This document shows, one piece after another, positions 1 through 13,228 of a stretch of DNA of 64,000 nucleotides (the first letter of the stretch is position 1; each line of letters starts with the position of its first letter). Under the pieces are notes generated by a model. That model was not told where the DNA came from and did not search any database. It worked only from the letters and a program-made list of their open reading frames with translations. Source of the stretch: Octopus sinensis (taxonomy: Eukaryota); assembly GCF_006345805.1 (NCBI RefSeq), contig NC_042997.1, forward strand, positions 128,340,001-128,404,000. Reading direction: 5' to 3'. Made by a program: the position numbers and the translations under genes.

Positions 1-1142
1 AAGAAAATCAAGATAAAATTTAAATAGAGCAGGAAAAACCCCGAAATTGTTACCCAGAACAGGTGGAGTGGGCTGCTGTTGTAAGAACTTGTAATAAAAA
101 ATATTGATAGTTGAGTGGCTTCTGTTGTGAGTCCTACAGAAAGATTAAACTGTAGTTTAGATAAGGAAAAATCAGTACTAACAGATGGATGTCAATTATT
201 GGACTGATTTGAGGGCAGCCAAGAAAGTAAGAAGAGGGTGATGTTGAGATTGGTAATAAAAAGAAAATAATTCAATAGTTAAATAAATTATTAGAAAGAT
301 AAAAACTTCTAACAGACTGCCATTAACCATGTTCTAATATTTTCCCTTTTGTTATCAGTTACTACCAAAGTTTTTTTTTTGTTTTTCTATTCCTTCATTC
401 CTCAGTTCCAGACTCTCATGTGCCAAAAGACATGCTACACCTGTCAGTCCATCACTCACCACACCATCCCACATTCTGTACTAAAATGCCTGACTAATCT
501 CTTGTGACAGTGAGCAGATAACCTCTTGAAGAAATTCAAGTGGAATAATGTTGTTGTTGTTATAAGCTTCTTCTAAATATTCCCCTTCCTCAACGCAAAA
601 GACCACCACTACCCCAGCCAATATGGTGGTTCCGATGCCTAAAGATGCAAACAACTGTGATTTTTAACTAAATATTTGATTCAGAATTGGTTGAATTGTA
701 ACAGCATGCCATGTTTTCATCCGCTCTCCGTGAGAAACTTCAGCTGAAGTTTTTATAGGTATCAACAATACAGTTTGTAATGAAATCTGTTGAAATTTTA
801 CTTACCATCAAAATATCTTTCAGACAATGCACAGACATTTATGTGCATGATGTAACTCTCCAAGCAGATTCCTTGCCAAGACAATATTTAATAAGTTTAT
901 GGAATTCTTCTATCCACCACTCTTCAGCCAGTTTCAGTCTGTTAGCATCATTCCCATGGAGAAACCTTCTACATTTGATGCCTGCTTTGCATCCAACTAC
1001 TTATTGCATGTCCTGTCCAACTCCAAACTCCTCTTCTCCATGTCATCAGTCTTTATCACTGTCTCTTTTATCTTTTACTTGCTTCAGTTGTTAGACTGCG
1101 ACCAAACTGGGACACCATCTTAAAGAAATTTTTGTCATATGA

Positions 1143-1480
1143 ATTGACTCTAGTACTTATTTTTTTAAAGCCTGGTACTTATTCCATTGGTTTCTTTTAC
1201 TGAACCACTAAGTTATGGGGATGTAAATACACCAACACTAAGTTGTCAAGCGGTATGGGGGACAAACACCAACACAAAGACACACATACATACATGCATA
1301 CATACATACATATATGATGGGCTTCTTTCAGTTTCCATTTATCAAATCCACTCACAAGGCTTTGGTCAGCCTAAGGCTATAGTAGAAGACACTTGCCAAA
1401 GGTGCCATGCAATAGGACTGAACCTGAAACCATATGGTTGGGAAGCACGCTTTTATACCGCAAAGCCACACCTGCACCTA
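1143..1480 (-). mobile_element. tRNA-derived SINE, family A (CORE-like middle, internal (TA/TG)n, second half with Meta-like motif)
   Basis: Reverse complement matches the copy at 31452-31850: B-box-like GGTTCAGTCC head, ggcaccttgggcaagtgtcttctactatagcc block, internal microsatellite, then ttgacaac...gtccccgtaacttagcggttc block. Confidence 0.85.
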
Positions 1481-3679
1481 TAGTAGAGAGTTACCTGATG
1501 GAAAGTTCTTCTGATGATTTTTAACCCACCAAAAGCAGCCAGCTTTTTTCTTTGGTCCTCAAACAGACTCCTGTTTCTCTTAGGCTAGAAGTTTCCTATC
1601 ATACTGTACCATTGTAGAATGTTGTAGCATGTTAAGACAGGTCTCTGCTGCCTATCTGCCTATCTCTCTCTCTCTCTCATTTATATTTTATCAGCTCTTG
1701 TGTGCTCTAAGGTTTAATTATGTTTCCCATACTCTTCCTTATTGCTGTGTTCATATCTATGTGTGTGTGTGTATAAATATATATCTAATGGATGTCTTAT
1801 AAAAGTATTCTACACATACAATAACAGCCATACCAACAAGCCTCCATCATCAGCTGCCCCATGGATTTCACTATGGTTTCAACACCTGGGTAGTACCATT
1901 CAATCTGGTGGTGTCAATAACACTGCAATAAGTGTTGTTTGGGAACAAACATACCTCTGATATCACCACATTTATTCAATCTTAACTCTAGGAAGGATTA
2001 AGCACTAGCATTATTAATTAAAGTACAACAAAGAACCCACATTTACTCTATGTACAAAAACAGTATCAGTAAAATAATAATTCTATAAGTAGACCTATAA
2101 CTGATTCTTAAATTATCTAACTAAATAGAAACCTAGCCCTTGAAGTCCATATAGATAATATTCCCACTAGTCTTTCATAGTTATTATTATAAAGGTGAAA
2201 GCTTTTATATTCTATTATTTCCGAAACAAAGCAAACTTGATTGAACTTAACTAATAACATAACCAATTCAAAGTGAATTACACTATTTCATAACCCAAAA
2301 GTTAATAATTGAAACACTTCTTATGTATTAAATATTTATTATCCTTACATACTTTAACGTTAAACTTATACCAGTAATTTAATAGATAATACTAAAATAT
2401 CCTTATTAATTCAGAAACTAATAAATACCTATAATTAAAAATTATTATTAAAAACCTTGTTACGATTAAAGCTAAATAAAAGAATAACTATAATTAAAAA
2501 CCTTGTTATGATTAAAGCTAAATATATAACTGTTTTAAAGTTAATATAAAATATAAAGTATTACCAATTACATGCTATCTGGACACACAAGGTTCAAGTC
2601 AACTATTTTCTCAAGAGATTTTAACTATTTGGTGGCGTGGTGCGTAGTCCACTACTTTCTCAAATGTCTTTAACTATTTTGGTGACATGGTAAGCAATTA
2701 GAGTGACTTGTAAACAGTCCAAATAGGGACACCCTACAATCCAAATCATTAGATGTACCATGTTTATTTAAGATTTCCAGTCTCCCACCTAAACAGTGAT
2801 TAAGCATTTTAACTAATTTACCATATCTATACCCTTGTTCTACTAAATGTCTTAAATTTTTTTTATTCTTTCCAAAAATCTATTAGTATTATTTATAATT
2901 GTGCCATACCTGATAATCTGGCCTGAAAAAAAAAAACACCATAGCCTATAAAAGAAGGAATTCAACTACTGAACCATGGCACTGAAGCTACTTGGAAACT
3001 GAAATCTGTTTTATTATAAATGTCAGTATATATCTTATTATTATCCTTTATTACTAAATACACATATATACATGCATATATGTGCGTGCATTGTTGTCTC
3101 CTTGCTTTGGCATCATGTGATAATTGTGGTAGTTGTGTCTGCATCATGCAAGAACTGTTCTTCATTTCCTATCTTCCATGGAAATGTAATCATGGGGAAA
3201 CATTACTATATATTATGTCTAAACAGGCAAGGGTTGGTGACAAAAAAGGTATCTGGCCTTAGAAAATCCACTTAAACAAATTCCATCTGACCCATGCAAG
3301 CATAGAAAAGCAGATATTAAAACGATGATGGTGATTTTTTTTTTGTTTTTTTAAAACTGAACATCAACTACAACTGCCTCACCAGTCTGGGAGGACCTAC
3401 AATGATCATGGGTACTGACAGCTGCTCCTCTTTTGACTTACACATATTTAAAAATTCCAACTCAGAAATATGAGGCAGCAAATAGAATCAGTTGATCCAC
3501 CAGCCTACCTTCAGCTCTGCTACAACATCCTAAAGTTTGAATGAATGGTATTTTAATGGTTTCTTACTTTTGAAGAATATATGCAAGTCAGTTTACAAAC
3601 ATTGATAATAGGAATTGAATTGATGATGAAGAAAGCTGCAAGGAAGCAGACAGCAATAATTAACAATGGTCATGTTGTT

Positions 3680-3970
3680 GATGATGGTAATGATGATAGT
3701 GATGACGACATCAGTGATTGATAATTGATGATGATGACGATGGTTATGATGATGATGATGATGACACTGATGACAGTGATGACGAAATTGACAATAATTG
3801 ATAATGATGATGACGGCAGTGACTGATAATTGATGATAATGATGGTGATTGATGGCGATGATGATGGTAATCAATAATAATGACAATGATGATGGCAATC
3901 AATGATGATGATAACAATGGTGATGATGATGAAGAGGAGGACTGTAGTGGTGGTGGTGGTGGTGGATGGT
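3680..3970. repeat. Degenerate (GAT)n/(GGT)n microsatellite
   Basis: Direct reading; accounts for the poly-His/Ile ORF 3593..3898. Confidence 0.9.
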
Positions 3971-5493
3971 AGTTATGATGGTTGAGTTAGAGAAGCCAGT
4001 TGATAAGTACAAGGATGTATGTTAGAAATCGAAAAGTGAAAGTAAAGCATGATGATAGTATGGTATATGAAAAGTCAGGGAATATATTACAGTGTCAAGA
4101 AAACAATAGTCTATATGTTAGGTGAATGATAAAAATGTTGAGCGATGCCTTTCTATAACATGAATCCACATGTGGGTCCAGCTTTGATTAGCTACAGTTA
4201 ATAGTCAGAAAGCTGATGTAATGAATATAACCGGAAGGCTTTATTGATCTTTGATTAATTACTTTGGTAAAGTCTGTAGCCAAAAGCTAGATGATACAGT
4301 CAGGAATTGGCTAAATTAGACATAATATATAGTATGCAGATCTAATTAAGCACTCACGTAGTTCTTCTGTTTCAGTGATTTACTCTTTAGAAATAGAGTA
4401 GCTTGTATTTCAGGCATATTTATTTTCTGGGGCTTTTGGTTTCACTTCTCATTAATGTCTACGGACTAGTTTCTGCAGGCAGCCAAAGAAATTTGCTGTC
4501 AAGACATTGAAGTTTATCAACTGATTGCTGTTACTTTACTCACTTTAATAAATACACTTGTATTAAACTTCAAAATACTTATAAAACGCTAAGTCCTCAC
4601 ATATTTATGAAGCCTTCATGCTAATTAAAACATAAATCTAGTAACATGTGACAGGTACCCCTTGCGTCCTCTCCTAATGAGTAATTCATTGTCATTTTTC
4701 TTTATATAAAATATATTTTAAATGGCAGTTGACTTTCATCAATTTATAGTAATTTATAGAAAACACGAACAAACTAGATTTTTAAACATTCTATTAAAGT
4801 TGTCATTGATGAACAATATTTTAAAATAGTGAAATTAAATTAATTTGTAATTTGCAATAATTTCTGAGAAAAACCAAAAAAATGGAAAAGACATCTGATC
4901 TTTGAAAATTCAACTCTTCTTAACAAGTCATATTTTTTCTCTTGTATTTAATTTATTAATTTATGTTCATCACAAACAGAATAATTCTTTTGACAAAAAT
5001 ATCTTTGTTGTTGAGAATATTCCCTGACAGAACAAGCAATTGTTTGAAGAAATCATTCTCGGAACTCTGATTGTCTTCATAACTAATGAAATTATGATCT
5101 TGTTAAAAGTGTCATTTATTACTTGTTACACAATTCATTAGAGGGAACTGAAGAATGGAGTTTTAACTAATGATGATAAGGATGAAAGTTCACAATCTTA
5201 TTTTAAAATCTCAGTTGGATATTTTAATATATGAAGTTTTGTTTCTTATATATGAGCACTGTGTTGAGAGGTTACAAACACAGAAGCATAATTACACACT
5301 CATATACATGTGCCCTCCCACCCAATATATACACATTGAGAGACAGAAAGATGCACAAATGCATGCATATATATATATTGAGACACACACATACATACAT
5401 ATTGAGACACACTCACACTCTCTCATATACATGTACCCCTCGTGTGCACACATTGAGAGAAATTCAGATACATATACGCTGAGTGAGGCATGC

Positions 5494-5500
5494 ACACACA

Positions 5501-5542
<42 letters not shown>

Positions 5543-5561
5543 ACACACATACACACACACA
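5494..5561. repeat. (CA)n microsatellite
   Basis: Direct reading; accounts for the HT/CV-repeat ORFs at 5170-5565. Confidence 0.95.
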
Positions 5562-6019
5562 CTAATAAATTTGGTAAATAGAGGTGGAAAGTATTATTTA
5601 TTCTATTGCAGTACTAGTGTAGTTTTTAATACTCTGTGTTTAATTTAAACTTGAAACAAATGGCAATTAGAGAAAACTAATGAATTAGAGAAATTTAATG
5701 AAGTAAACTATATGTTCATCTTTGAAATTGAAGTTTGTTTAGTTGTGATCTGATATTGATTCTCATCTGCCTAATATCTTATATCTCTAAAATGAAAGAT
5801 ATCTATATTAAATAGCTGAATAGCGATTCAAGCTGTTTAATGATTATGTTGACTGAAAGACAGGAAAGTTTGTTTGCCAAACATATGTTAGTGCAAAGGT
5901 CTTGATTGTTTTCAGATTTTGTGTTTTATATGGAGGAATAAAAATATTTGTCCTGGCATGTGAAATCTATAAAATGAGAACATGCCAAGAGAGAAGTCTA
6001 CATGTGTTTGCTTGATTTG

Positions 6020-6190
6020 CTAAAAATAACAGCTAAATTCCCTTTAAATCATTTTTACTATCCAAAAGAAAAAGTGGATGCATTAGATAATGTAGTTAGG
6101 ATACACTATACCTAGAAAAAATTTTTAAATGAGAATGTCATGGTTGGATCACATGCTTGCTCAGAGCTGACCTAGGTATCAACAACAATG
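6020..6190 (+). mobile_element. SINE-like repeat, family D (gctagaaatagcagccaaatctccctcaaatcacacc...aacaacaac tail), degenerate
   Basis: Similar blocks recur at about 6840-7000, 9070-9250(-), 9600-9780(-), 39350-39470, 39720-39900(-), 42850-42960(-), 57040-57230(-) and 62700-62960. Confidence 0.6.
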
Positions 6191-6671
6191 ACATTAAGTG
6201 TTTAAAAAGACTGAACTGTCTAATACATCACAATGTACTTTATTAATTGCATGATATCTTGGGTTAGTGTCTAAAATAGTCATGGGCCTACCAAAACCTT
6301 GTGGGCGGATTTGAGAGAGAAACAAATGGAAAACAGGGCAAGTAACATAAAGAATGACCCTTTATCAGTTGTCGGCTGCCTATCTACTCCTCATTTCGAG
6401 CATTGTATATATCTATATATATGCATTTATATTATTATTATTATTATTATTATTATTATCATGTGGTAGTGATGGTGGTGGCGGTAGTGGTCTTAATGAT
6501 TTTCTCAAAGTAATGGTTTTATCTGACTGTTTTCAAAATAATCCCAATATACTAAATGCCTTCATAATGAAGGTTTTATATCAACTGTTTGATTTTCTTC
6601 TAAATATCTCAGTTTCTTTGTCCCTTGACATATTATTATCATGAATTTCTAGAGACTTGTCTGTTTTACAG

Positions 6672-6734
6672 GAATGGATTGTTGTCCCAGTGTTGAAACA
6701 TCCTCTTCTTAATGAAGATACTATTTCCCATGAG
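6672..6734 (+). CDS. Candidate internal exon (EWIVVPVLKHPLLNEDTISHE), host gene unknown
   Basis: Acceptor ctgttttacag; only phase 0 is open; the donor GAG|gttgag is weak; no recognised homology. Confidence 0.15.
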
Positions 6735-7788
6735 GTTGAGTTGAACTTGATCTTTATAAAATACTGAGACTGTGATCTTTATAAAACACACAACCAGTAG
6801 ATCAGCATAAAGCAAAGCAGCCTGTATGTTGTGGCTCTGGCTGCTAGAAATAGAGCTAAACCTCCCTCAAATCACACACCTCTGTCTTAAAAGAGGAAGA
6901 GTGCTCTGTAAAATATAGTGTACGTTGTCTAAAAAGGAGACAGAATGGTCACAGCTTAAGTACTTGTGATCATCACAAATGCTTTTGCACTTTAGAGCAG
7001 CACCAGTTATATTTTTAGTAGTAAATGAGGATTATGGATACAGCATAAAGGGGATCCATCTACTGGAATCTTACTTTTTGGAATAATTATTTCCTGGAAA
7101 TGTTAATGACAAAAGTAAGTGCAAAAGAGGAAACTACACCATCATTGATATCAGTAGAGATGGTTAATTTTAAGAGAGGATTCTGTTTTGTTTCTCTTTG
7201 TTAATACCATTTAGGTTGTATGCTGAAAACCAGTGTAAACCAATAATCTATGGAAATTTGGGTACATTTTGCTCCCTATGCTGTAAATATCTATCTAATA
7301 TTTTGTAGGAAAAGCAAATATAATTAACCAACAGCTGAAGATATATTAATTGTTTTTAGAAGAACACATCTGTGTTCATTCATTGTCATAATTGAATGAG
7401 AAAATTATAGCAGCTTGTTTGTTGCTGGTTATTCCAAAACCATACTGATTACCGAAAAACAGGCTTTTTTTCCTGTTAAGAAATAAATATCATTGTCCTC
7501 ATTATCATCATCATCACCATCATTGTTTTAACATCCACTTTTTCATGCTCACATGCATTAGACAGAATTTTTTTGAGGTAGATTTACTACAGCCAGATGT
7601 TCTTTCTGTTGGCAACCCTCACTTGTTTCAAAGTTAGGTAATATTTCTCCATGACCAGACATTGTTTTCATGGAAGATTGGAAATGAAGAACATGGTTTG
7701 CATGATAGTGACATTCATTACATGAAGTAAAGGCAAAAAGACTGTAACATACAAATGCATGCATACATACACTCACTCACACACACAC

Positions 7789-7825
<37 letters not shown>

Positions 7826-7827
<2 letters not shown>

Positions 7828-7975
7828 ATTGGCTTCTTTCAGTTTCAACCTATCAAATCCACTCAAGGACTTCGGTTGGCCCCTGGCCATTGCAGAAGCT
7901 ACTTGGCCAAAGTGCCATGCAGTGGAACTGAACTGAAGACCATGTGGTTGGATGCAAACTTCTTACTACACAAGC
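7826..7975 (-). mobile_element. SINE family A, 5' half
   Basis: ggcttctttcagtttc...aaatccactca...cttggccaaagtgccatgcagtggaactgaac, next to (CA)n. Confidence 0.8.
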
Positions 7976-10900
7976 ATGATTCATGAGTCATTTATTACTA
8001 ATTCAACTAGCTTCACTGATGAAATCAAATAAAGCAGCATATCTGGAACTGTCTTCTATATTAGACAAGAAAATGAAAAAAATAAAATTTGTCATTGACT
8101 AAAATTTTTTTCTGGCCACCTTTCAAGTGTTTTTTTTTAATTCCCCCTAATGAAAATAGGATTTAATTATTTCTGCAACTGATATACGCTTTAGCAAGTC
8201 TACATGGAAAAATACTGATATAAGACTAGCTTCAGTAATTTGCTAGTACCAAGATATAAAGTATTGTGCTGTGTTCTAGCATGTTGTTGCTTTTGTTGTT
8301 TAACTTGAAGTCATTTCTAGCAATTAGATGGGCCAGTGGTTAAAGGTATTTTAGCTATGATCATTCATTCTTTTCAGGGGTGTGTAGTTCTACATTATTT
8401 CATGTGACTTTTTTTTTCCAAAGATTGCAGAGAGTGATTTGGGGAAGATATAGCTGCTACTTCTAGTAGAAAGAGCAACCAAATGACATAGATAAAGCAC
8501 ATGACATACACATATATGCGTTGACCATGCAATATCCACATAAAAACATATATATAAACTATGTCACATATACATGTAAACACTTATGTCAACCATGCAT
8601 GATTAAGTTGTTCAGTTCAAAACCTCATAGTATAGGTTAGATTCTACTGTGCAGTACCTGGAGCACATCTTCTACTGGAGCTTGTGGGTAACCAGTAACT
8701 TATGGGGGCTGGTGGAATTTAGTTGACAGACCTTGTGCAGGAGCCTATTTGTGTGTGTGTATGCGCACATGTCCATATACCCAAATACACACATAATTAA
8801 AATAATAACAGTAAAACAATGAAAGAACAAAGATTTTCACTTGTAATTACTCCAAGTTTTATTTTGCCACTTATCAAGACAATTATTCTTTATTTAGAAA
8901 CTGAAACCAGTATAAATATGTATATATGGACAAAGGACAGATGGATTTTATTTTCTCTTTCTTCCCCTTTCCATCAACAAGTTTCCAGTCCTTCCTCTGT
9001 TCATCATCATATAGCTTTTTAACATCAGATTTTATGCTACACTATTGCCTTTTAAAATAGACACATTTGTTTTTTTAGCACCAGGTTAGTTCTGATTGAG
9101 CAAATCTCTGATAAAAAAGCAGTCAAGCGATCATCCTGCCAAGCTATAATATAATATATTCCAAGCTATAATGTCCAATATCTGTCCTTTTTTATTAAGA
9201 CTGTACCATATGTAATATAAGGAAGATTTGATTGCTATTTCTAGCAGTTCAAGTGGTAGCTAAGTGGTTCACAACTGTCTCTGCAAGTATGTGTTCCTGA
9301 AAATTGCTGTGCATGGATGTGCTAGTCACTGTGTATATTGTGTTTCTGTATATTAATGTTACTATGTATGACATGGGATAGATTTGTCTAGCAACCATAA
9401 AGAATATCTGTGGTTATCCCATACATATATGTATGTATGTACACGAGACAGTAGAGTGTGAGGTGAGTGGCAACTGATTGTTGTTTCAATTAGGTTTAAT
9501 TGGTCTGTTGCAGGTGGAAATACAAACGGAACATGCTCATGCAGTGATTTGAAAGATAAATTATTTTAAGATACATACAATGTATTATAATTGCTGCTGT
9601 TGTTTATTCCAGACTAGTTGTGATCAAATAGATTATTGATAAAAAGCAATCCTGCTGTGATTATTCTGTCTTTTTGTAAGTTACGGAATCATATTGTCCA
9701 ATGTATTCCTTTTTTTTTTAAGACTGCTGAATATGTGATTTAAGGAAGATGTGACTGTTATTTTTATCAGTTTTAGCTATTATGTGTAATCATTGACTGA
9801 TACATACCTACATGCACATATACACACACACATACATATATATCGATGCATGCACACACATATACATACATACACATTAAATAATGATGCTATTGATATA
9901 CGTGTGAGTGTGTGTATATATAAACATGCAAACTTACAAGAATACGTATAGATATTCACACACATGAGACTAGTGTGTGATTTAAGGAGTGTTAGGTGCT
10001 GCATTTACAAGACGTAAGTTGTCTGTTTTGGGATCGAATACAAAAAATACTTGCAACTCTTTGAAATGCTAGCCTTAATATACACAGTAAATGGTAGCAA
10101 TTAATTTGATTGGTTACTTAATTTAGTTTAAGTAAAGCCATTTCATCTTCTGCACATGTGCTGTTTAATCAGGAGAAAATGAAGATAAAAGAATTGCTTG
10201 TGTGTGTGTGTGCATGCGCGCATGTGCGTGCATGCATGTGCGTGTGCATGTGTGTGCATTTTTATTTATACTGGTGTAAAACCCAGTCTTATTACTCATC
10301 TTTTCCAGCTTGTTTTCTGTTGCCATTTATGCTGTGTACCTTTCTGTCAGGTAACTTAGATATTCAGCATTCAGTAAAACAGAGCTTCATAAAATAAGTA
10401 CCAAGCTGAAATATATACTGAGGTTAATATGATAACTAAAACCCTCGAAGTTGATTCCTAGCATGACTGCAATCCAATGACTGAAACCAGAACCAAAAAT
10501 TCAAATGTCAAGAATGTCTCATAATACTCATGTAAACACCATATATCAACCATGTGATGTACACATGTGAAAACATGCATTGCTCATGTTAGACACACAA
10601 ATAAACACAGTCAAAATGTCATATACACACATAAATACATCAGCCAAATGCAATATACATATAAACACAAACATCAGCCATGTGACATGCTCATATGAAT
10701 GCATACTTCAGCTGTACCATATGCATATTAACATATACATCAGCCATATGTATATCTTTATATTAACACATGCATCAGCCATGTGTATATGTTTATATGA
10801 GTTATACTCATATAAACATATATATAACTTATATAAACATATACTCACTCATCGACCATCTAACATACATATGTGCAACAAGCACAAACCCATATCCTAG

Positions 10901-11492
10901 CTAGAAGGAAGAGATGTGAGAATTTTGTCTAACTTCCAGCTATTTCATTCACTAGTCTTGGTTTTCTTTCTTGCCATATTTATTTATACAGTTTTCAATC
11001 TCTTTTTCTTTTTCTACTTTCTACAACTAGATTTAATTTCAATGTCAATAGCAAATATTATAATATCCTCATAACTATTATTATTATTATTATTGTTGTT
11101 GTTGTTGTTGTTGTTGTTGTCCTTATTATTATTATTATTATTATTATATTTATCTGCTAAATTATTATTGAGAATTATATATTTCCATCTTTATTAAAAT
11201 CTAATGTATAGTTGTGGTGAAATGGTGCTGGAAGATAAAACCTGTTTGGTGACAGCCTGACAATGATCAAAGCATTTAAAAAAACAGTAATTTATAATAA
11301 AATATAGCATTATATTTTACTGTGTAGGGGGTGTAGATTTTTCAATGATGCTTCTTTTTTTGTTGTGTTCCTTTTTTTTTTAAACTCTTAGAACTCTTAT
11401 AAATAATTGTTTCCTCTAAGTATAAAAAGGGTTTTGTAGATTTGTTTTAGAACTCTGTCGGAATTCTTTTTTATTATTATTATTTTTTCCAG

Positions 11493-11558
11493 GTGGAATC
11501 AAAGGAAATCGAACTTAAAAAATTCATTCTTTCAAACTTGAATTGTAAAGTGAAAAGA
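11493..11558 (+). CDS. Candidate internal exon (VESKEIELKKFILSNLNCKVKR), host gene unknown
   Basis: Strong acceptor ttttttccag; 66 nt open in phase 0; donor AGA|gtaatt; no recognised homology. Confidence 0.2.
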
Positions 11559-11728
11559 GTAATTTATTTTATTTAATGGTTTTTAATTCAGTGTTAGCAA
11601 TAAAAATCTGCTTTTGAATTTGCCTAAAAACCGTTTCATATATTCATATATAATTAATAATCTAAGCTAGAGATATTACACAGAAGGAGAGTAGATAAAA
11701 TTATTTATTTATTTATTCATTCATTCAT

Positions 11729-11766
<38 letters not shown>

Positions 11767-12371
11767 GCGCATTGTTGATTATTGGTGTATATTATAATTA
11801 TTATTATCTTACATATTATTATCATCAGCATCAATTTCATCATCATCATCATTATTATTTTAATATAACAAAAAAGATAAAGCTAATACATGAGATTAGT
11901 AATCATTCTGAACTGTTGATGTAATTTCTGAGCAGCAACTAGATTATTAAATAGCTGTGCCAAACATTGATTCTTGCTAGCATGTCACAAAAACAGATTT
12001 ATTTCTGCTACACAGTCAGAATAATAATTAAAAATATATATAAAAAAAATAGTATTAAAAAAAAATGAAAGAAAAAAGCAGGAATGCACCAGTATACATT
12101 AGTGTGTTCCGAACTGCAGATACAATTTTTACTGTTTACAATTAAGTGCTGATATTTTGGCAAATATGTAATTTTGTATTATTTTTATTTGTTAAGTACA
12201 TCGTGTTCACAGTTTTAGCAAACACTGGCTTTCTGTTTGCTTTCTCTAGCTATTACTGCAAATCTAGTGAACTGTGAATGCTCCCAATGTTTAGAAGAAA
12301 AGAAATATATATATATGCGCATGTGTATGCATATATGCATACATATGCACGTGTGTATGCATACATGCACT

Positions 12372-12418
<47 letters not shown>

Positions 12419-13197
12419 TCAGGTACCAATTAGTTACACCTGTCTTAATAAAGCAAGTCTCATTTTGCCATATGCTGGGGTTTTGTTTGTTTATTGTAAA
12501 TTTGTGTAAACCCTTCTCTCCCTATTCAATAAAACTAAATTTCACATTATTTTTTTCCCATACCACTATGATGGTAGTCACTTCTTTTCAGCTGTAGGCT
12601 ACTACAAAATAATCAATTTATTTCAATTTATTTTCCTCTTGATTATTTCCTTTTTGATTTTTTTCTTTTTTGTTAAGAATCTCGAAAGGTTCACTTATTT
12701 CAGCCTGATTTGTTCGATTCCTTCATTAAAGCTGCCAATAAAGCATGAATGGAATTAAATTTTGAATATCTGATTTATTGAAGCTAATAATGTTTTCAAA
12801 ATAATCTATGTAGTTTCTGTGCAATCTTAGAAAAAACTGAAATTTCCTATTTGATTTCTGTATAATCTTCTGCTTGTGATTAGTGGTAAATAATTGTGTC
12901 CTTTCTTTGGACTTATAGTATAGAAAACATCTTCGGTACAACCTCTAATTTATCCCCAAAATGTCATTTGATAGTTGATAAAATATTGTTATATATATGT
13001 ATGTATACATATAAATACACATATATATGTGTGTATTTTTTAGTGTCTGATGTTAGTTGGACATTATGAAGAAGCAGAGCCTCAATATAATTATTTGACT
13101 TGCATGAATTAGTGGCCAAATCTTTTTCAGATTATTTCCTCAAATCTCATCAAATCACTCCCTATCATTTTACATATGTGTTGTTTATGTTATGTTT

Positions 13198-13228
<31 letters not shown>

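Noticed and set aside
780-1123. Overlapping 104- and 74-aa ORFs and a minus-strand frame (..RLKLAEEWWIEEFHKLIK..)
   Set aside because: No recognisable family, and the minus frame has internal stops. At best this is a decayed retroelement that I cannot assign.
2440-2695. Two local tandem duplications (~47 bp and ~51 bp)
   Set aside because: They are ordinary slippage-type duplications in AT-rich DNA with no further structure.
4479-4512. QPKKFAVKTLK, resembling kinase subdomain II
   Set aside because: It is only 11 residues with a poor donor, and I found no other kinase motifs in the window.
7019-7114. Exon-like segment with a NAGNAG acceptor and a gtaagt donor
   Set aside because: All three frames contain stops once the GGGG run at ~7050 is counted correctly.
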